A DNA stretch of 64,000 nucleotides from Ignavibacteriota bacterium (GCA_022616555.1 JAKEEG010000091.1:1016-65015); one strand, 5' to 3'; positions 10,201 through 20,953 are shown, counted from the stretch's first letter. A program made the numbers and translations. Notes: generated by a model from the letters alone, not told the origin.

Positions 10201-11634
10201 TTAGTTTTTTACGGCACCGGCGGCTTTGCCGTTTGTCGCGGGTGAGAAAGCGGCAATGGTTGCCCAGGAAAGCGCGATGAGCAGCACGGGCTCGCGCGTA
10301 TAAAATTGAGGCGAAGTAATAGACACTTGAAGCATACAAATAAGTGTAGCTGTGGCTGCAAGCACCCAGGGTCTATCTTGATCCTCGATCGAACCCCGTA
10401 TATTCCTTACTCCTTGAATAATTTTTCCGCCGTACGCAACCATAAACGTGAGTAGTCCCAAGACTCCCAATTTAAACCATAAGAATAGATACGCATTGTG
10501 AATGTATTCACCGTTAACCGAAAAGCCATGCAAGATACTACGATAAGTATATGATGCACCTAGCCCATATCCTATCAAGGGGTTGAGGCTAATCAGTTCA
10601 ATCACTTTTTCCGACTCGACGAGGCGGTTAGCGAACGATATATCTTGCACGGCAGTTGCAACCGAGGAGAGACGGCTTGCTATAGTAGTGAATAACGCTG
10701 TAAACACATCTGAAAAACCTATCATGAGAACAAGGAGTAAAGTTACAACAACCAAGAGCATTACCCCCATCAATCGCTTACGCTCAGTGTTATTTGCTAA
10801 CCACAAAAGCGCGACAATCCCAAACGCCGCGCCAAGCCAGTATCCGCGCGAGAATGTCATAATCAGTGCAACGGAAAAAAGCGACACGCAGATAAGCGCA
10901 ACAAGACGAGCCCTCGGCTGCGTATACACCATCCACAGGGCAGCGCCCACCAATATCATGACCATAAAAAGAGGTTCATTCATCGCCTGCCTGCCGCCTA
11001 GCACCTCCCATGCGTATTCGGCAACAGACAAACGAGTTCTGTACTGCCAGATATTACGGGCGGCACTAAACAGGGCGAGGGTTATCACCGTACCAAGGAT
11101 AACTTTCTTCCCGCGTTCGGTTTGCATCACTTCACGCGCCGGAAAGTAGAACAACAGTCCTAGAAAAACGAGATACTCGCGAAACCACAGAGACAGACTG
11201 TTCGAATATAGCACGGCAGGCACAATGGACAACAAACCAATAACAAAAAAGAAAATAAGCCAAGAATCGCCGGAAGAAGTAGCAAGTCGTTCTTTTTTGA
11301 TGAACACTTTCTCAAACAACCAATAGAGCAGTATCCCGTAAAACAATACACCGAACGCAAGCTCCGAGGCTGTTATTTCCTCCGTTTTTTGCATAAACAG
11401 CACTACGTGACCAAGAATACTCACAGGCATCCAGACATAAATATTCTTTACGCACACATAGAAGACCAGTACTCCGATGCAGAGAAAGGGAAAATAGACA
11501 ATGATGTCAAAGTAGGTGAGGGCAAAAAACAGGAGCATCTGTCCCACGATGAGAAGAACGGTAAGCGGGGAAAGAGTGTTCAGGCCCGTTGACCCGAAGG
11601 GACTTCGGATGGGAGGATAAAAGACGTTCATCAT
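10201..11634 (-). CDS. O-antigen ligase/polymerase family membrane protein (Wzy-like)
   Basis: 477 aa with about 10–12 TM helices and the Wzy_C-like motif FSRGYWLGAAFGIVALLWL. Confidence 0.75.
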   Translation of the reverse strand: MMNVFYPPIRSPFGSTGLNTLSPLTVLLIVGQMLLFFALTYFDIIVYFPFLCIGVLVFYVCVKNIYVWMPVSILGHVVLFMQKTEEITASELAFGVLFYGILLYWLFEKVFIKKERLATSSGDSWLIFFFVIGLLSIVPAVLYSNSLSLWFREYLVFLGLLFYFPAREVMQTERGKKVILGTVITLALFSAARNIWQYRTRLSVAEYAWEVLGGRQAMNEPLFMVMILVGAALWMVYTQPRARLVALICVSLFSVALIMTFSRGYWLGAAFGIVALLWLANNTERKRLMGVMLLVVVTLLLVLMIGFSDVFTALFTTIASRLSSVATAVQDISFANRLVESEKVIELISLNPLIGYGLGASYTYRSILHGFSVNGEYIHNAYLFLWFKLGVLGLLTFMVAYGGKIIQGVRNIRGSIEDQDRPWVLAATATLICMLQVSITSPQFYTREPVLLIALSWATIAAFSPATNGKAAGAVKN

Positions 11635-12809
11635 CTATTATTCCGGAACCGAAAGAGTGCCCTCAGCAGCTCGTACCGCTCGGGGGATTGGATCTGTATG
11701 TACTTCATCCTCTCCCATATGGCATACGAAAGCACCGTCAAAATAAGCGATGATAAACCTGCCACGGCAGCAATCGTCGAACGTCTCGGCTTCGCTTTCT
11801 TCTCCGCGGGTACTGCGGCATCGAGCACTGCCACAGAAGGCGTCTCGCGCCGCTCCTCCAGGCGGGCTTGTTCTAACAGTGGAATAAGCACTTCAAGAAT
11901 TTTCGTTTGAATGGTGATCGCGCGGAATAAACGCAGATGTTCCAAACCAAGGTCGGGTATTTCCGCAACTCGCTGGCTCAGCAGATTGAGTTCCAATTGC
12001 TTTTGCTTCAGGGTCGAGTTCTCCTTACCCACCGTTTGGCGGAGAAATTCTACCTCAAGTTCGAGGAGTGTTTTTTGGGCGTACAGGTCTGCGACAGATT
12101 TAATTCCGCTTTGGACATTCTCAGGAATAATGACAAAATTCTCTTTCTTCTGAAAATCGCGAAATGTTTCTTCGTAAACTCTCAGTGAATCTTGAGTTCG
12201 AATGACACCGTTTTCGAGAAATTCCCGATATTTTCGAGCAGCCTGAAGTGACAGGTCGGTGCTGATATCATTAACAACCGTAAGGTAAAAATTTGCCATC
12301 TCAGCTGCACGCTGTGGGTCTTTATCGAATACCGTCACGGTGATATGCCCCTCTTCCGCGACATTGATTTCGACATTGGCATCCAACGCCTTCACCGCCG
12401 ATTCCATCGATTGATTTTCAATCTCATACACTTGCATTAAGCCGAAACGGCGTACAACCGCCTCTTTCGCGCTACGGCTTTCCAGAATGGAAAGGTAATT
12501 CCCCATCGCATTTCTCCCCCCGGCAAGGTTGCTCAACCCTCTAAGCGAGGGATTTTGTAATATCGATGATAGCGAGCCTATGCCGGCAGCCAGCCCTGTT
12601 TCACGCGGCGGCACAAAACTCGCCGTGCTTGCATACCAATTTGGCAGCAGCCAAGAACCACCGTAGGTGATGACCGCAACGAGGATTGGGATAACAATAA
12701 GCTGGCGCCTTGCCCGAACCAAAAATGCGACAAACCAAAAAAAACTCCCCAGTGGTTGCAAGTCTGCGGTGGGTACAGCGATTCGCCCTTTTGTTCGTGT
12801 CTCAGCCAT
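11631..12809 (-). CDS. Polysaccharide chain-length determinant (Wzz/GumC-like PCP, no kinase domain)
   Basis: An N-terminal TM segment, a long coiled-coil periplasmic region and a C-terminal TM segment. The 4-bp ATGA overlap with wzy-like indicates an operon. Confidence 0.7.
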   Translation of the reverse strand: MAETRTKGRIAVPTADLQPLGSFFWFVAFLVRARRQLIVIPILVAVITYGGSWLLPNWYASTASFVPPRETGLAAGIGSLSSILQNPSLRGLSNLAGGRNAMGNYLSILESRSAKEAVVRRFGLMQVYEIENQSMESAVKALDANVEINVAEEGHITVTVFDKDPQRAAEMANFYLTVVNDISTDLSLQAARKYREFLENGVIRTQDSLRVYEETFRDFQKKENFVIIPENVQSGIKSVADLYAQKTLLELEVEFLRQTVGKENSTLKQKQLELNLLSQRVAEIPDLGLEHLRLFRAITIQTKILEVLIPLLEQARLEERRETPSVAVLDAAVPAEKKAKPRRSTIAAVAGLSSLILTVLSYAIWERMKYIQIQSPERYELLRALFRFRNNR

Positions 12810-12833
12810 TCGTGTATACTCCGTTTATATTCA

Positions 12834-14555
12834 CTATTCCGTCAATTGTAAAATAATCAGCGTCATGCTCAGTACGACGCTGATGATGCTTGCCGCCTGG
12901 CTAATCATATTCAGATAATAACCGGTAGGATATTTAATGTCCTTCGGAACCCAGACATAATCTCCCGGTTCAATAACCGTATCAGACGGATGCAACCATT
13001 CTCGCGTCTTTGCTTTAATTACTCTTGCACTACCCGCGTCAGCTTCTTCCCCGTAGCCTCCTGCCCGCTGAATGTAGTACCGGAGGTCTGCCCCCGCTTG
13101 ATGCGGCACGAACCCGGGCCTGCCGACCTGCCCATAAACATACACAGAAAGACTGGTATTCGGGATAAATACCACATCTCCATCTTTAAGGATTATATCC
13201 TGCGTCGAATCTTGCCTTTCAAACAAGCTGACAAAATCAACCGAGACGTTCCCCCGCTGGATGCTCGCCTCAAGCTCATAATAAGCTCGTTCTTCAGGAG
13301 TCACAATCAGGTCGTTCATCCTCAGATTTAGCTGTGCCTCCAGCGGAACAGAAATATACCGTTCTTCCGGACTACCTCTTCGGCGAAACACTTCCGCGCC
13401 TGGTAAATACGCAAAATTAGTAAATCCCCCTGCCCTCTGTATCAGTTCGCTCAATCTCGTGTTATCCGAAGTAATAGGATACATGCCAGGATACTTAACT
13501 TCACCACGCACATGGGCTTTGAAATCTCCACGACGATTTGCTTTCTCGCGAACAACAATGCGATCCCCGAGCTGCAGCGGGATATCAGGAACTACGCCAT
13601 CGACAATTTTTTGCACGTCAATGACTTCAGAGACAGCACTCGTGCCGTCGAGAGATAAGCGCGTAAGCTCTACGTTCGTGAGGTCGGCATTCGGGCTAAA
13701 ACCTTGCGCGATGCGAATCATTGCTAAGAGACTGTCATACCCGCGATATTCATACAGTCGGGCATTATTCACGGCGCCGAACACGCTGATGGAATTTCCA
13801 CTACCTTCCCTACGCGGGACAATAATGATATCTCCCTCGTGCAGAAAAGGGTTTAACTCATTCTCGCGTGTTGCAAAGAATTTGTCTAAGTCAACCAGTT
13901 TGTCTTTCGATTGCCCATTGCGGCGCAAAACAATATAGCGACGCGAAAAATCCGGCTCAGGAATCGGCCTACCCGCTGCGGCTGCTTGTCCGACTACTGT
14001 GGCATCTTGTGTTGTGAGCAAATTTGCAAGAGTAATCGCTTTGTCCACACGATAAGCAGACGAAACAAGATACGGACCGGGATTGCGAACATTGCCAAGC
14101 ACAGTTACAACAATCTCTCGCGCTGCAAGAAGAGTAATGGTCGGCTCCGAAACCGTCACTTGTCGCTTGATGGCTTTGCTCAGTTCTTCTTTCACCCTTT
14201 GCAGTGTCTTCCCTCCAACGTGAAACTCTCCTATCTCAGGCACTAGCAACGTGCCCTCGGGTGAAACGAGCAAGGGAAAGCTGAGCTTTGTACCGCCCCA
14301 TATCCCAACGTTGATCCAATCATTCGGGCCTACGATATACATTGCGGGGTCAATTGTATCCTCCATAGGTACAATCGGCAGACGTGTACCGGACTGCGTT
14401 TGAGGATCAAGCAATTTTTCTAATGTTCCGCCCGGGGTCGTTCGCGTGCGATCAGTTTCGCGCTGCGTCCCGATTTGCGCGTGTGACAACGCAACGATGC
14501 TGCACATCCATAATATTACTCCAACCACACGAAGAGAGGTGAAGGTCAGTTTCAT
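12834..14555 (-). CDS. Polysaccharide export outer-membrane protein (Wza/Poly_export plus SLBB domains)
   Basis: A signal peptide followed by a Poly_export-like segment (IVGPNDWINVGIWG…) and repeated SLBB-like modules. Confidence 0.8.
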   Translation of the reverse strand: MKLTFTSLRVVGVILWMCSIVALSHAQIGTQRETDRTRTTPGGTLEKLLDPQTQSGTRLPIVPMEDTIDPAMYIVGPNDWINVGIWGGTKLSFPLLVSPEGTLLVPEIGEFHVGGKTLQRVKEELSKAIKRQVTVSEPTITLLAAREIVVTVLGNVRNPGPYLVSSAYRVDKAITLANLLTTQDATVVGQAAAAGRPIPEPDFSRRYIVLRRNGQSKDKLVDLDKFFATRENELNPFLHEGDIIIVPRREGSGNSISVFGAVNNARLYEYRGYDSLLAMIRIAQGFSPNADLTNVELTRLSLDGTSAVSEVIDVQKIVDGVVPDIPLQLGDRIVVREKANRRGDFKAHVRGEVKYPGMYPITSDNTRLSELIQRAGGFTNFAYLPGAEVFRRRGSPEERYISVPLEAQLNLRMNDLIVTPEERAYYELEASIQRGNVSVDFVSLFERQDSTQDIILKDGDVVFIPNTSLSVYVYGQVGRPGFVPHQAGADLRYYIQRAGGYGEEADAGSARVIKAKTREWLHPSDTVIEPGDYVWVPKDIKYPTGYYLNMISQAASIISVVLSMTLIILQLTE

Positions 14556-15664
14556 TTGGTCTCACTACTTAGTTGTTGAACAAGAATCTTCGCTATACGT
14601 TCAGCCGTTTTTCCGTCCCAGAGTTCCGGTATTGAACCTTTTTTTACTTTCCCACTCAAGACATCCAGGCTTGTTTGCACAACAAGGTCTGTATCAAGTC
14701 CGCAAAGAATATTGGTGCCTGTGTCGACGGTAATCGGGCGCTCGGTGTTTTCACGCATCGTGAGGCAAGGAATACCGAAGAATGTCGTTTCCTCTTGTAT
14801 GCCGCCGGAATCGGTCAACACCAGTTTCGCCCGCTCCATCAGGTGAAGAAAATCCAGATATCCGAGCGGTTCGAGTAATTTCAAATTTTTGATAGCTTCA
14901 ATCCGTTGTTCCAAATTGTAACGACTGAGCATCTTTTTTGTCCGTGGGTGCATCGGGAAAACAATTGTCGTCCGCGCTGCCAAACGTTCAAAAACGCTCA
15001 GAATGCTTTCAAGGCCTTCTTTCGTATCAACGTTGCTCGGGCGGTGAAGCGTCACAAGAATAAAGCTGCCGGGAGTCAGCTCAAGATCCTTCATGATTGT
15101 TGACCGTCCCGCTTTCTCTCGATGACTCACGAGCGAATCGATCATAATATTCCCTGCGAAAAAAATCTTTTTCTCGTCAACCCCCTCACGCTTTAAATTA
15201 ACGACCCCGCTCGGTTCGCTTACGAACAAATAATCGGCGATAGAATCTGTGAGTAAACGATTAATTTCTTCCGGCATTGTGCGGTCAAAACTGCGCAATC
15301 CCGCTTCCACATGTGCGACCGGGACGTTCATTTTCGCACTCACCAAGCTGCACGCTATAGTGGAGTTCACATCACCTACCACAACGACCAGATGGGGCCG
15401 CTGCAATTCCATCACTTTTTCAAATTCTGTCATCACTTTCGCCGTCTGTTGCGCATGCGAACCGGAGCCCACCCCCAGATAAAAATCCGGTTTGGGCAAC
15501 TCCAATTCGTCAAAGAATACTTTCGACATCGCCGGGTCATAATGCTGACCCGTATGGACAATGAGATGCCGGAACGCAGTCGGATATTGCTGCAGCGCTT
15601 TGTGCAGTGGAGCGACCTTCATAAAGTTGGGCCGCGCGCCTACCACGCTGATAATTGTTTTCAC
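14552..15664 (-). CDS. wecB: UDP-N-acetylglucosamine 2-epimerase (non-hydrolysing)
   Basis: MKTIISVVGARPNFMKVAPL…HTGQHYD…VVVGDVNST…HVEAGLRSFD is near-canonical WecB/Epimerase_2. Confidence 0.9.
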   Translation of the reverse strand: MKTIISVVGARPNFMKVAPLHKALQQYPTAFRHLIVHTGQHYDPAMSKVFFDELELPKPDFYLGVGSGSHAQQTAKVMTEFEKVMELQRPHLVVVVGDVNSTIACSLVSAKMNVPVAHVEAGLRSFDRTMPEEINRLLTDSIADYLFVSEPSGVVNLKREGVDEKKIFFAGNIMIDSLVSHREKAGRSTIMKDLELTPGSFILVTLHRPSNVDTKEGLESILSVFERLAARTTIVFPMHPRTKKMLSRYNLEQRIEAIKNLKLLEPLGYLDFLHLMERAKLVLTDSGGIQEETTFFGIPCLTMRENTERPITVDTGTNILCGLDTDLVVQTSLDVLSGKVKKGSIPELWDGKTAERIAKILVQQLSSETK

Positions 15665-15723
15665 AAGTTGATGTGCTTTGCTAATAGCCGGTTCGCTTCT
15701 TTCCGAAAAAGGATTCTCTGAGC

Positions 15724-16734
15724 TTAACGCTCTTCGTACATCTTTTTATAATACTCTTGGTACTCGCCGCTGATGATACGCTTCCACCAACCACTGTTGG
15801 AAACATACCACTTGACCGTTTCTTCAAGCCCATGCTCAAAAACACGACGGGGTTTCCAGCCGAGGTCGCGCTGGATTTTCGATGAATCAATTGCATACCG
15901 CCTATCATGCCCTAGCCGGTCTCTGACAAAAGAAATCAATGACTCCGGTTTCCCAAGGTAACGCAATACAAGTTTTACGACGTCAATGTTCGCTCGCTCG
16001 CTATTTCCCCCGACATTATAAAGCTCACCTTCTTTTCCGCGTTGCGCAACCGTGTCAATAGCTTCACAGTGGTCTTCCACATGTATCCAATCCCGTACAT
16101 TCAGCCCGTCACCGTACACAGGGAGTTTTTTATCCTGCATGGCGTTGGCAATCATGAGTGGGATTAACTTTTCCGGGAATTGAAAAGGACCATAGTTGTT
16201 CGAGCAACGGGTCACGACAACAGGTATGCCAAACGTGTGGTGATAAGACAAGGCGAGGAAATCCGCCGCAGCTTTGCTAGCGGAATACGGGCTATTGGGA
16301 TGAATCGGGGTATTCTCCGTAAATTTTCCTGTTGCCCCAAGCGAGCCGTACACTTCGTCCGTCGACACTTGAACAAATTTTTTCAACGAAAACTCTTTCG
16401 CTAGTTCCAGTAAAACGTTCGTACCGACAATGTTGGTACGCGCAAACTCCGATGAGCCGACGATGCTACGGTCAACATGCGATTCCGCCGCGCAATTGAT
16501 GACAACATCAAACCTATATTCTTGAAAAACGGATTTTATCAATCCACCGTCCGCGATGTCCCCTCGGACAAAACGGTAATTCGGCAGCTGCTCGCAGTCT
16601 TCAAGATTCTCTAAATTACCAGCATATGTAAGCTTATCGACATTAACAATAAGGTTGTCCGGGTGTTTCTGCAACATCCAGCGCACCAAATTGCTTCCGA
16701 TAAACCCCGCGCCGCCTGTGATGAGAATGTTCAT
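15724..16734 (-). CDS. rfbB: dTDP-glucose 4,6-dehydratase
   Basis: ILITGGAGFIGSN…YSASKAAAD (the YxxxK motif) and full-length RmlB similarity. Confidence 0.92.
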   Translation of the reverse strand: MNILITGGAGFIGSNLVRWMLQKHPDNLIVNVDKLTYAGNLENLEDCEQLPNYRFVRGDIADGGLIKSVFQEYRFDVVINCAAESHVDRSIVGSSEFARTNIVGTNVLLELAKEFSLKKFVQVSTDEVYGSLGATGKFTENTPIHPNSPYSASKAAADFLALSYHHTFGIPVVVTRCSNNYGPFQFPEKLIPLMIANAMQDKKLPVYGDGLNVRDWIHVEDHCEAIDTVAQRGKEGELYNVGGNSERANIDVVKLVLRYLGKPESLISFVRDRLGHDRRYAIDSSKIQRDLGWKPRRVFEHGLEETVKWYVSNSGWWKRIISGEYQEYYKKMYEER

Positions 16735-16737
16735 TCA

Positions 16738-17216
16738 TTAATCCAGCGTATACAATGTGTTGGCATCGCTTTCATGTCGAATTTCATCCACCGGGTCCTT
16801 TCTTCCTTCACCCGCGTAAAGCCGATTGGGAAGGTTGATAACCCAACCACCTCTTGATCCGATATTTTTGTACGCATGGACAACCCCAGGCGGAATAATT
16901 ACCGAGCGGGGTGATGTCTCCCCGGCGTCAAGAGTCATTTTACATCCGTATGTTTTTGAACCTTTGCGTGCGTCCCAAAGATACACGCGAAACGTCGAGG
17001 GGCCGAGAAAACAAAACAGGTCGGCTTGGTCGACATGTTCATGCGGGCCGCGGGCAACGCCCGGTAAAGTTTCCGAAATGTATGACATCGCCGGTACATA
17101 CTCGCTCGTAATCTCGTCTTTCCGAAAAAGTTCTACCAGCCATCCTCTGGCATCCGTGTACCGATTGAGGTCTTTCACCACTACGCCGTCTATAGGACCG
17201 ATAGTAAAATGCAATT
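16738..17216 (-). CDS. rfbC: dTDP-4-dehydrorhamnose 3,5-epimerase
   Basis: IDGVVVKDLNRYTDARGWLVELF… is an RmlC cupin. The ORF-track start (17352) adds a non-homologous N-terminal extension. A TTG at 17214–17216 gives MHFTIGPIDGV…, which matches RmlC N-termini, so the exact start is uncertain. Confidence 0.8.
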
Positions 17217-17501
17217 CTCCCTCCCGTAAATAAGAAAAGTACGAAAGAATGAGGCAAAAACAAACGCACAGGCTCAAAAAAAGCCTTGCTTCGGCACAGT
17301 TATTTAAAAAATTGAATTGTGTTGCTTTTAGAACGGTAACGACAGAATGCAAGCCCTAACAGGACAAGCAGTCTTAGCAGGTGCTGTATAGCAGTAGCAA
17401 TAGAGAGGAGTAATACCTCGATGTTGTTGATGAATGCGCTTTCAAACTAAGTAAAAAAATACCAAGAGTCAATCCGTATTGCATACTGCCTACAAGGGAT
17501 T

Positions 17502-19154
17502 TCACATCCGTTCAGGCGCAGAAATGCCCAAAATTGCAAAACCGTTTGAGAGTACTGTTTTCGTCGCCAGACAAAGCCCTAAACGCGCTTGAGAAAGTGC
17601 CTTGTCATCGATCACGACGCGATGGTCGTGATAGAAACGATGGAATGCCGCCGCAACATCATTCAAATAGTTCGGCAGATGATGTGGTTCGAAGTTCGAA
17701 TGGATCCGCTCGATAGTGTCGGGAAACTCAAGCAGTATTTTGGCAAGGTCGATTTCCGCTTGTTCGCGAAGAAGCTCAAATTTTATCGATGCAAAGCCCT
17801 CCAACTTTGGTCCACTCCCTTCACCTTCCGCAAAACGCAGGATGCTCGCAATACGCGCATGAGCGTATTGCAAGTAATACACAGGATTGTTCTCCGACTG
17901 CTCTTTTGCCAGGTTTAGGTCGAATTCCAAATGGCTGGAGATTGACCGCATGATAAAGAAAAACCTTACAGCATCAGAGCCAACTTCATCGATCAGCTCA
18001 TCTAGCGTCACAAAATTCGCGGCGCGCTTGGACATCTTTACTTGTTGGCCATCTTTTAACAACGTGACAAATTGGTGAATGACCACCTTCACCTTTTCGG
18101 AATCGTATCCCAGCGCCTTGACGCCTGCGAGCACATCGGGGATCGTGGCGATATGGTCGGCCCCGAATATATCAACAATGACATCGAAACCTCTCCGGAA
18201 CTTCTCGCGGTGGTAGGCAATATCGGGAAGGCGATACGTCGGCTCACCGGTACTCTTGACAATCACACGATCCTTCTCCGCCCCAAACGTAGTCGCCTTA
18301 AACCATACGGCCCCGTCCTGATCGTACGCCAGACCTTTCGTGCGAAGCTCCTGTATCACTTCCTGAATCTTCCCGCTTGAATACAACGAATCCTCATTAT
18401 AGAAGACATCGAACTTTACGCCCATGCGAGCGAGCACTTTTTTGATCTCCTCAAACAAGAACTGCTCGGCAAAACTCTTGCAAAATTCCAGAGCCTGTTC
18501 TTTGTCCTGCTTGCGAAGAGCACCGCCTTTTTGTGTACGGAGCGATTCGGCTATGTCGCGGATATAATCTCCCTGATAACCGTCTTCGGGAAAGGGGTGT
18601 GAGTCGTCAAAGAGCTGGATGTACCGCGCATAGGTGGATTCCGCCAGCATGCGCATTTGCCTGCCGGCGTTATTGTAGTAGTACTCTCGGGTAACCGCAT
18701 ATCCCATCCATTGCAGGAGATTCGCAAGCGTATCCCCGACTGCCGCTTGCCTGCCATGGCCGACGCTCAACGGTCCTGTAGGGTTCGCACTCACAAATTC
18801 TACTTGTATTTTTTTGCCTGCTCCCAGTGTGGATTTCCCGAAAGCCGCGCCTTGCGCAAGCAGCGTCCCAAGTTGACGAGTAACAAAGCTTCCCGTAAAC
18901 GTGAAATTGATAAAGCCCGGACCGGCGATTTCCACTTTTGAAACATTCTCCGGCTCCAACTTGAGCGCGCCGACAATTTCCTGCGCTACCGCTCGCGGAT
19001 TTTTCTTTAACGATTTCGCAAGCAACATCGCAACATTGGTTGTTAAATCGCCGTGCGCCTGAAGCTTTGGCTTTTCAAACACCAAAGTCATTCCGTCACG
19101 ATAGCCCAGTGTTGCAAGAGCAGCGGAGACTTTTTCTGTTAGGAATTTTTTCAT
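17502..19154 (-). CDS. argS: Arginine--tRNA ligase
   Basis: 550 aa with the class I HIGH-type motif region (SANPTGPLSVGHGR) and a C-terminal DALR anticodon-binding region; full-length ArgS similarity. Confidence 0.95.
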   Translation of the reverse strand: MKKFLTEKVSAALATLGYRDGMTLVFEKPKLQAHGDLTTNVAMLLAKSLKKNPRAVAQEIVGALKLEPENVSKVEIAGPGFINFTFTGSFVTRQLGTLLAQGAAFGKSTLGAGKKIQVEFVSANPTGPLSVGHGRQAAVGDTLANLLQWMGYAVTREYYYNNAGRQMRMLAESTYARYIQLFDDSHPFPEDGYQGDYIRDIAESLRTQKGGALRKQDKEQALEFCKSFAEQFLFEEIKKVLARMGVKFDVFYNEDSLYSSGKIQEVIQELRTKGLAYDQDGAVWFKATTFGAEKDRVIVKSTGEPTYRLPDIAYHREKFRRGFDVIVDIFGADHIATIPDVLAGVKALGYDSEKVKVVIHQFVTLLKDGQQVKMSKRAANFVTLDELIDEVGSDAVRFFFIMRSISSHLEFDLNLAKEQSENNPVYYLQYAHARIASILRFAEGEGSGPKLEGFASIKFELLREQAEIDLAKILLEFPDTIERIHSNFEPHHLPNYLNDVAAAFHRFYHDHRVVIDDKALSQARLGLCLATKTVLSNGFAILGISAPERM

Positions 19155-19256
19155 TAATTGTTTTTGTCATTGCGAGGCGCCTTTTGCCGAAGCAATCTAA
19201 CCACTGAAGTAAAACGGGATTGCTTCGCTGAAAAAACGCTCGCAATGGCGATTTTT

Positions 19257-19688
19257 TTACCCAGCCAACTTCGAAACGCGCTTTCCCTTTGTTTGTCGTT
19301 TTTGCTTTCTTGGTGTCGTTTTGTGGACTTTAACTCCGGTGGGAGAATCATCGACCGTCTGCATCGATGCGTCGCTCCAAAGTCTCTCAAGATTGTAGAA
19401 CGACCGGGCATCCTTGTGAAATACGTGAGCCACGACATCCACAAAATCCAGCAACACCCATTGCAATGATTGGAAGCCCTCCGAATGCCAAACGGAACTC
19501 CCCTGCTCCTCCAAGCCATCTCGTATGGCATCAGCGATAGCCTTCACCTGTGTGTCGGAATCCGCTGAGCAGACGACGAAAAAATCCGCTGGCGCTTGCA
19601 GTTTCCGCAAGTCCATTACCACGACATCCTTCGCTTTCTTCTCTAGAGCTTGTTCCGCAATTTTGCGCGCTAATGTTCGTGCTATCAA
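19257..19688 (-). CDS. rsfS: Ribosome silencing factor RsfS (Iojap)
   Basis: 143 aa; KKAKDVVVMDLRKLQAPADFFVVCSADSDTQVKAIADAI is the RsfS/Iojap signature. Confidence 0.9.
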   Translation of the reverse strand: MIARTLARKIAEQALEKKAKDVVVMDLRKLQAPADFFVVCSADSDTQVKAIADAIRDGLEEQGSSVWHSEGFQSLQWVLLDFVDVVAHVFHKDARSFYNLERLWSDASMQTVDDSPTGVKVHKTTPRKQKRQTKGKRVSKLAG

Positions 19689-19700
19689 GAGCGTACTCCT

Positions 19701-20213
19701 CTATTGTTGAAACGCCTTCAACCGTTGAAAATCCTTACCGATAATGACTGAAGCATCGAGATACAAAGATTTGTCCAGCTCCTGGTGAACCTGTTCCACC
19801 GGGATCCCGAGAGTTGCGGCTACCTGCCGGGCGGCTTCCATATTGCCAACCCTGTCGAGCACGAGGGTTTGCTCCACATCGGATGATTTGTAGTTGCCCA
19901 TCTCCACCACGTCGAAACCGCGTGCGCGGAGAAAATCCGTCATGCGCTGGGCAAGCTTCGATTCTCCCGACCCATTCAAGACATCAAGCTGGATGGCTCT
20001 GGTTCGCCCCTCTGTCTTTATTTCCGGTTCTGCAGGCGCGCTGAAAAACATGCTTTGGAAAACAGCATACAATAACATAACAACCGGGGCAAGAATTGCG
20101 AGCGGAAGAAAACGTTTCCAGACCGGGCGAGAGGCTCGCGGCTTTGAATGTTGCGGAGTCGAAGATGTTCCCTGGGGCGCTTCTTTCATACTACCTTGCA
20201 TACCGCACGGCAA
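19701..20213 (-). CDS. LytR_C (LytR cell-envelope-related transcriptional attenuator C-terminal) domain protein
   Basis: One TM helix followed by a domain (VLNGSGESKLAQRMTDFLRARGFDV) that matches LytR_C. Confidence 0.6.
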   Translation of the reverse strand: MPCGMQGSMKEAPQGTSSTPQHSKPRASRPVWKRFLPLAILAPVVMLLYAVFQSMFFSAPAEPEIKTEGRTRAIQLDVLNGSGESKLAQRMTDFLRARGFDVVEMGNYKSSDVEQTLVLDRVGNMEAARQVAATLGIPVEQVHQELDKSLYLDASVIIGKDFQRLKAFQQ

Positions 20214-20335
20214 ACAACCGCGCGAACCTGCAAAACGGCGTCGTGTGTTCTACTGTGATAAAAAAATTACCGAGCAGACACGCCTGAACACAAGCGGCTG
20301 CTCGGTAAAGAAAAACTCGCTGCGTGACAAAGGTG

Positions 20336-20827
20336 TTAGTAGAGATCTCCGTATCGGTCGATTCCGTAATAGAAACTCGGGTTGCGGTTTCCGCTGAGCC
20401 AGTACATTGCCGGCACTTCTCGGTACTGAATCTGCAACCACATGTTGTCCGTCGGGCGGTAATTTAACTGCGCTCTTCCTAAAAATATCCTGCTGAAATC
20501 GTTCTTATTGCCGAATGAACTGTACGGCGAAGACATGACGTTGACGTCGGCTTGAAAATCGAGCTTATCTGAAAACTGATACATCAAACTATTGGTATAG
20601 ACTCCGAGCGAGAGACCCTCTCCGCCAAAACTCGAATACGACATGGTGAAACTATGCTTCATCGAAAACTTACTCGGGTCGAACAATCCCAACAAGTAGT
20701 CAGATGAGCCGGGCTTCATCATCGATTCACTTACCGGAGGAGGTGTTTCAATTTTGGACTTCAACTGCGCTACGGAAAGCGACCCCGCCAACAATAACGC
20801 TACGAATGTATAAATCACTGTTCTCAT
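20336..20827 (-). CDS. Hypothetical secreted / outer-membrane protein
   Basis: N-terminal signal peptide (MRTVIYTFVALLLAGSLSVAQ), an aromatic-rich beta-strand-like composition and a C-terminal aromatic residue. Confidence 0.5.
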   Translation of the reverse strand: MRTVIYTFVALLLAGSLSVAQLKSKIETPPPVSESMMKPGSSDYLLGLFDPSKFSMKHSFTMSYSSFGGEGLSLGVYTNSLMYQFSDKLDFQADVNVMSSPYSSFGNKNDFSRIFLGRAQLNYRPTDNMWLQIQYREVPAMYWLSGNRNPSFYYGIDRYGDLY

Positions 20828-20953
20828 TCCTGAATCCTCCTCAGCAAATAATACACGTCGCTCGTATTATACGCCCTAGCACTACTACAGTACTATTACA
20901 CTAATATGGTACTTAAAACTCAAATGATTGTCAAGATATCGCCGGACGAAATC

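Noticed and set aside
17214-17230. A GGGAGGGAGAA Shine-Dalgarno-like sequence upstream of the proposed TTG start of rfbC.
   Set aside because: Other well-defined starts in this window (argS, pyrG) lack SD sequences, consistent with an FCB-group organism, so the purine run may be coincidental. The rfbC start is left flagged as uncertain rather than called from the SD.
19154-19531. A 125-aa minus-strand ORF overlaps rsfS in another frame.
   Set aside because: It overlaps a well-supported RsfS coding frame and its Trp/Arg-rich composition resembles no known family, so it is a spurious frame.
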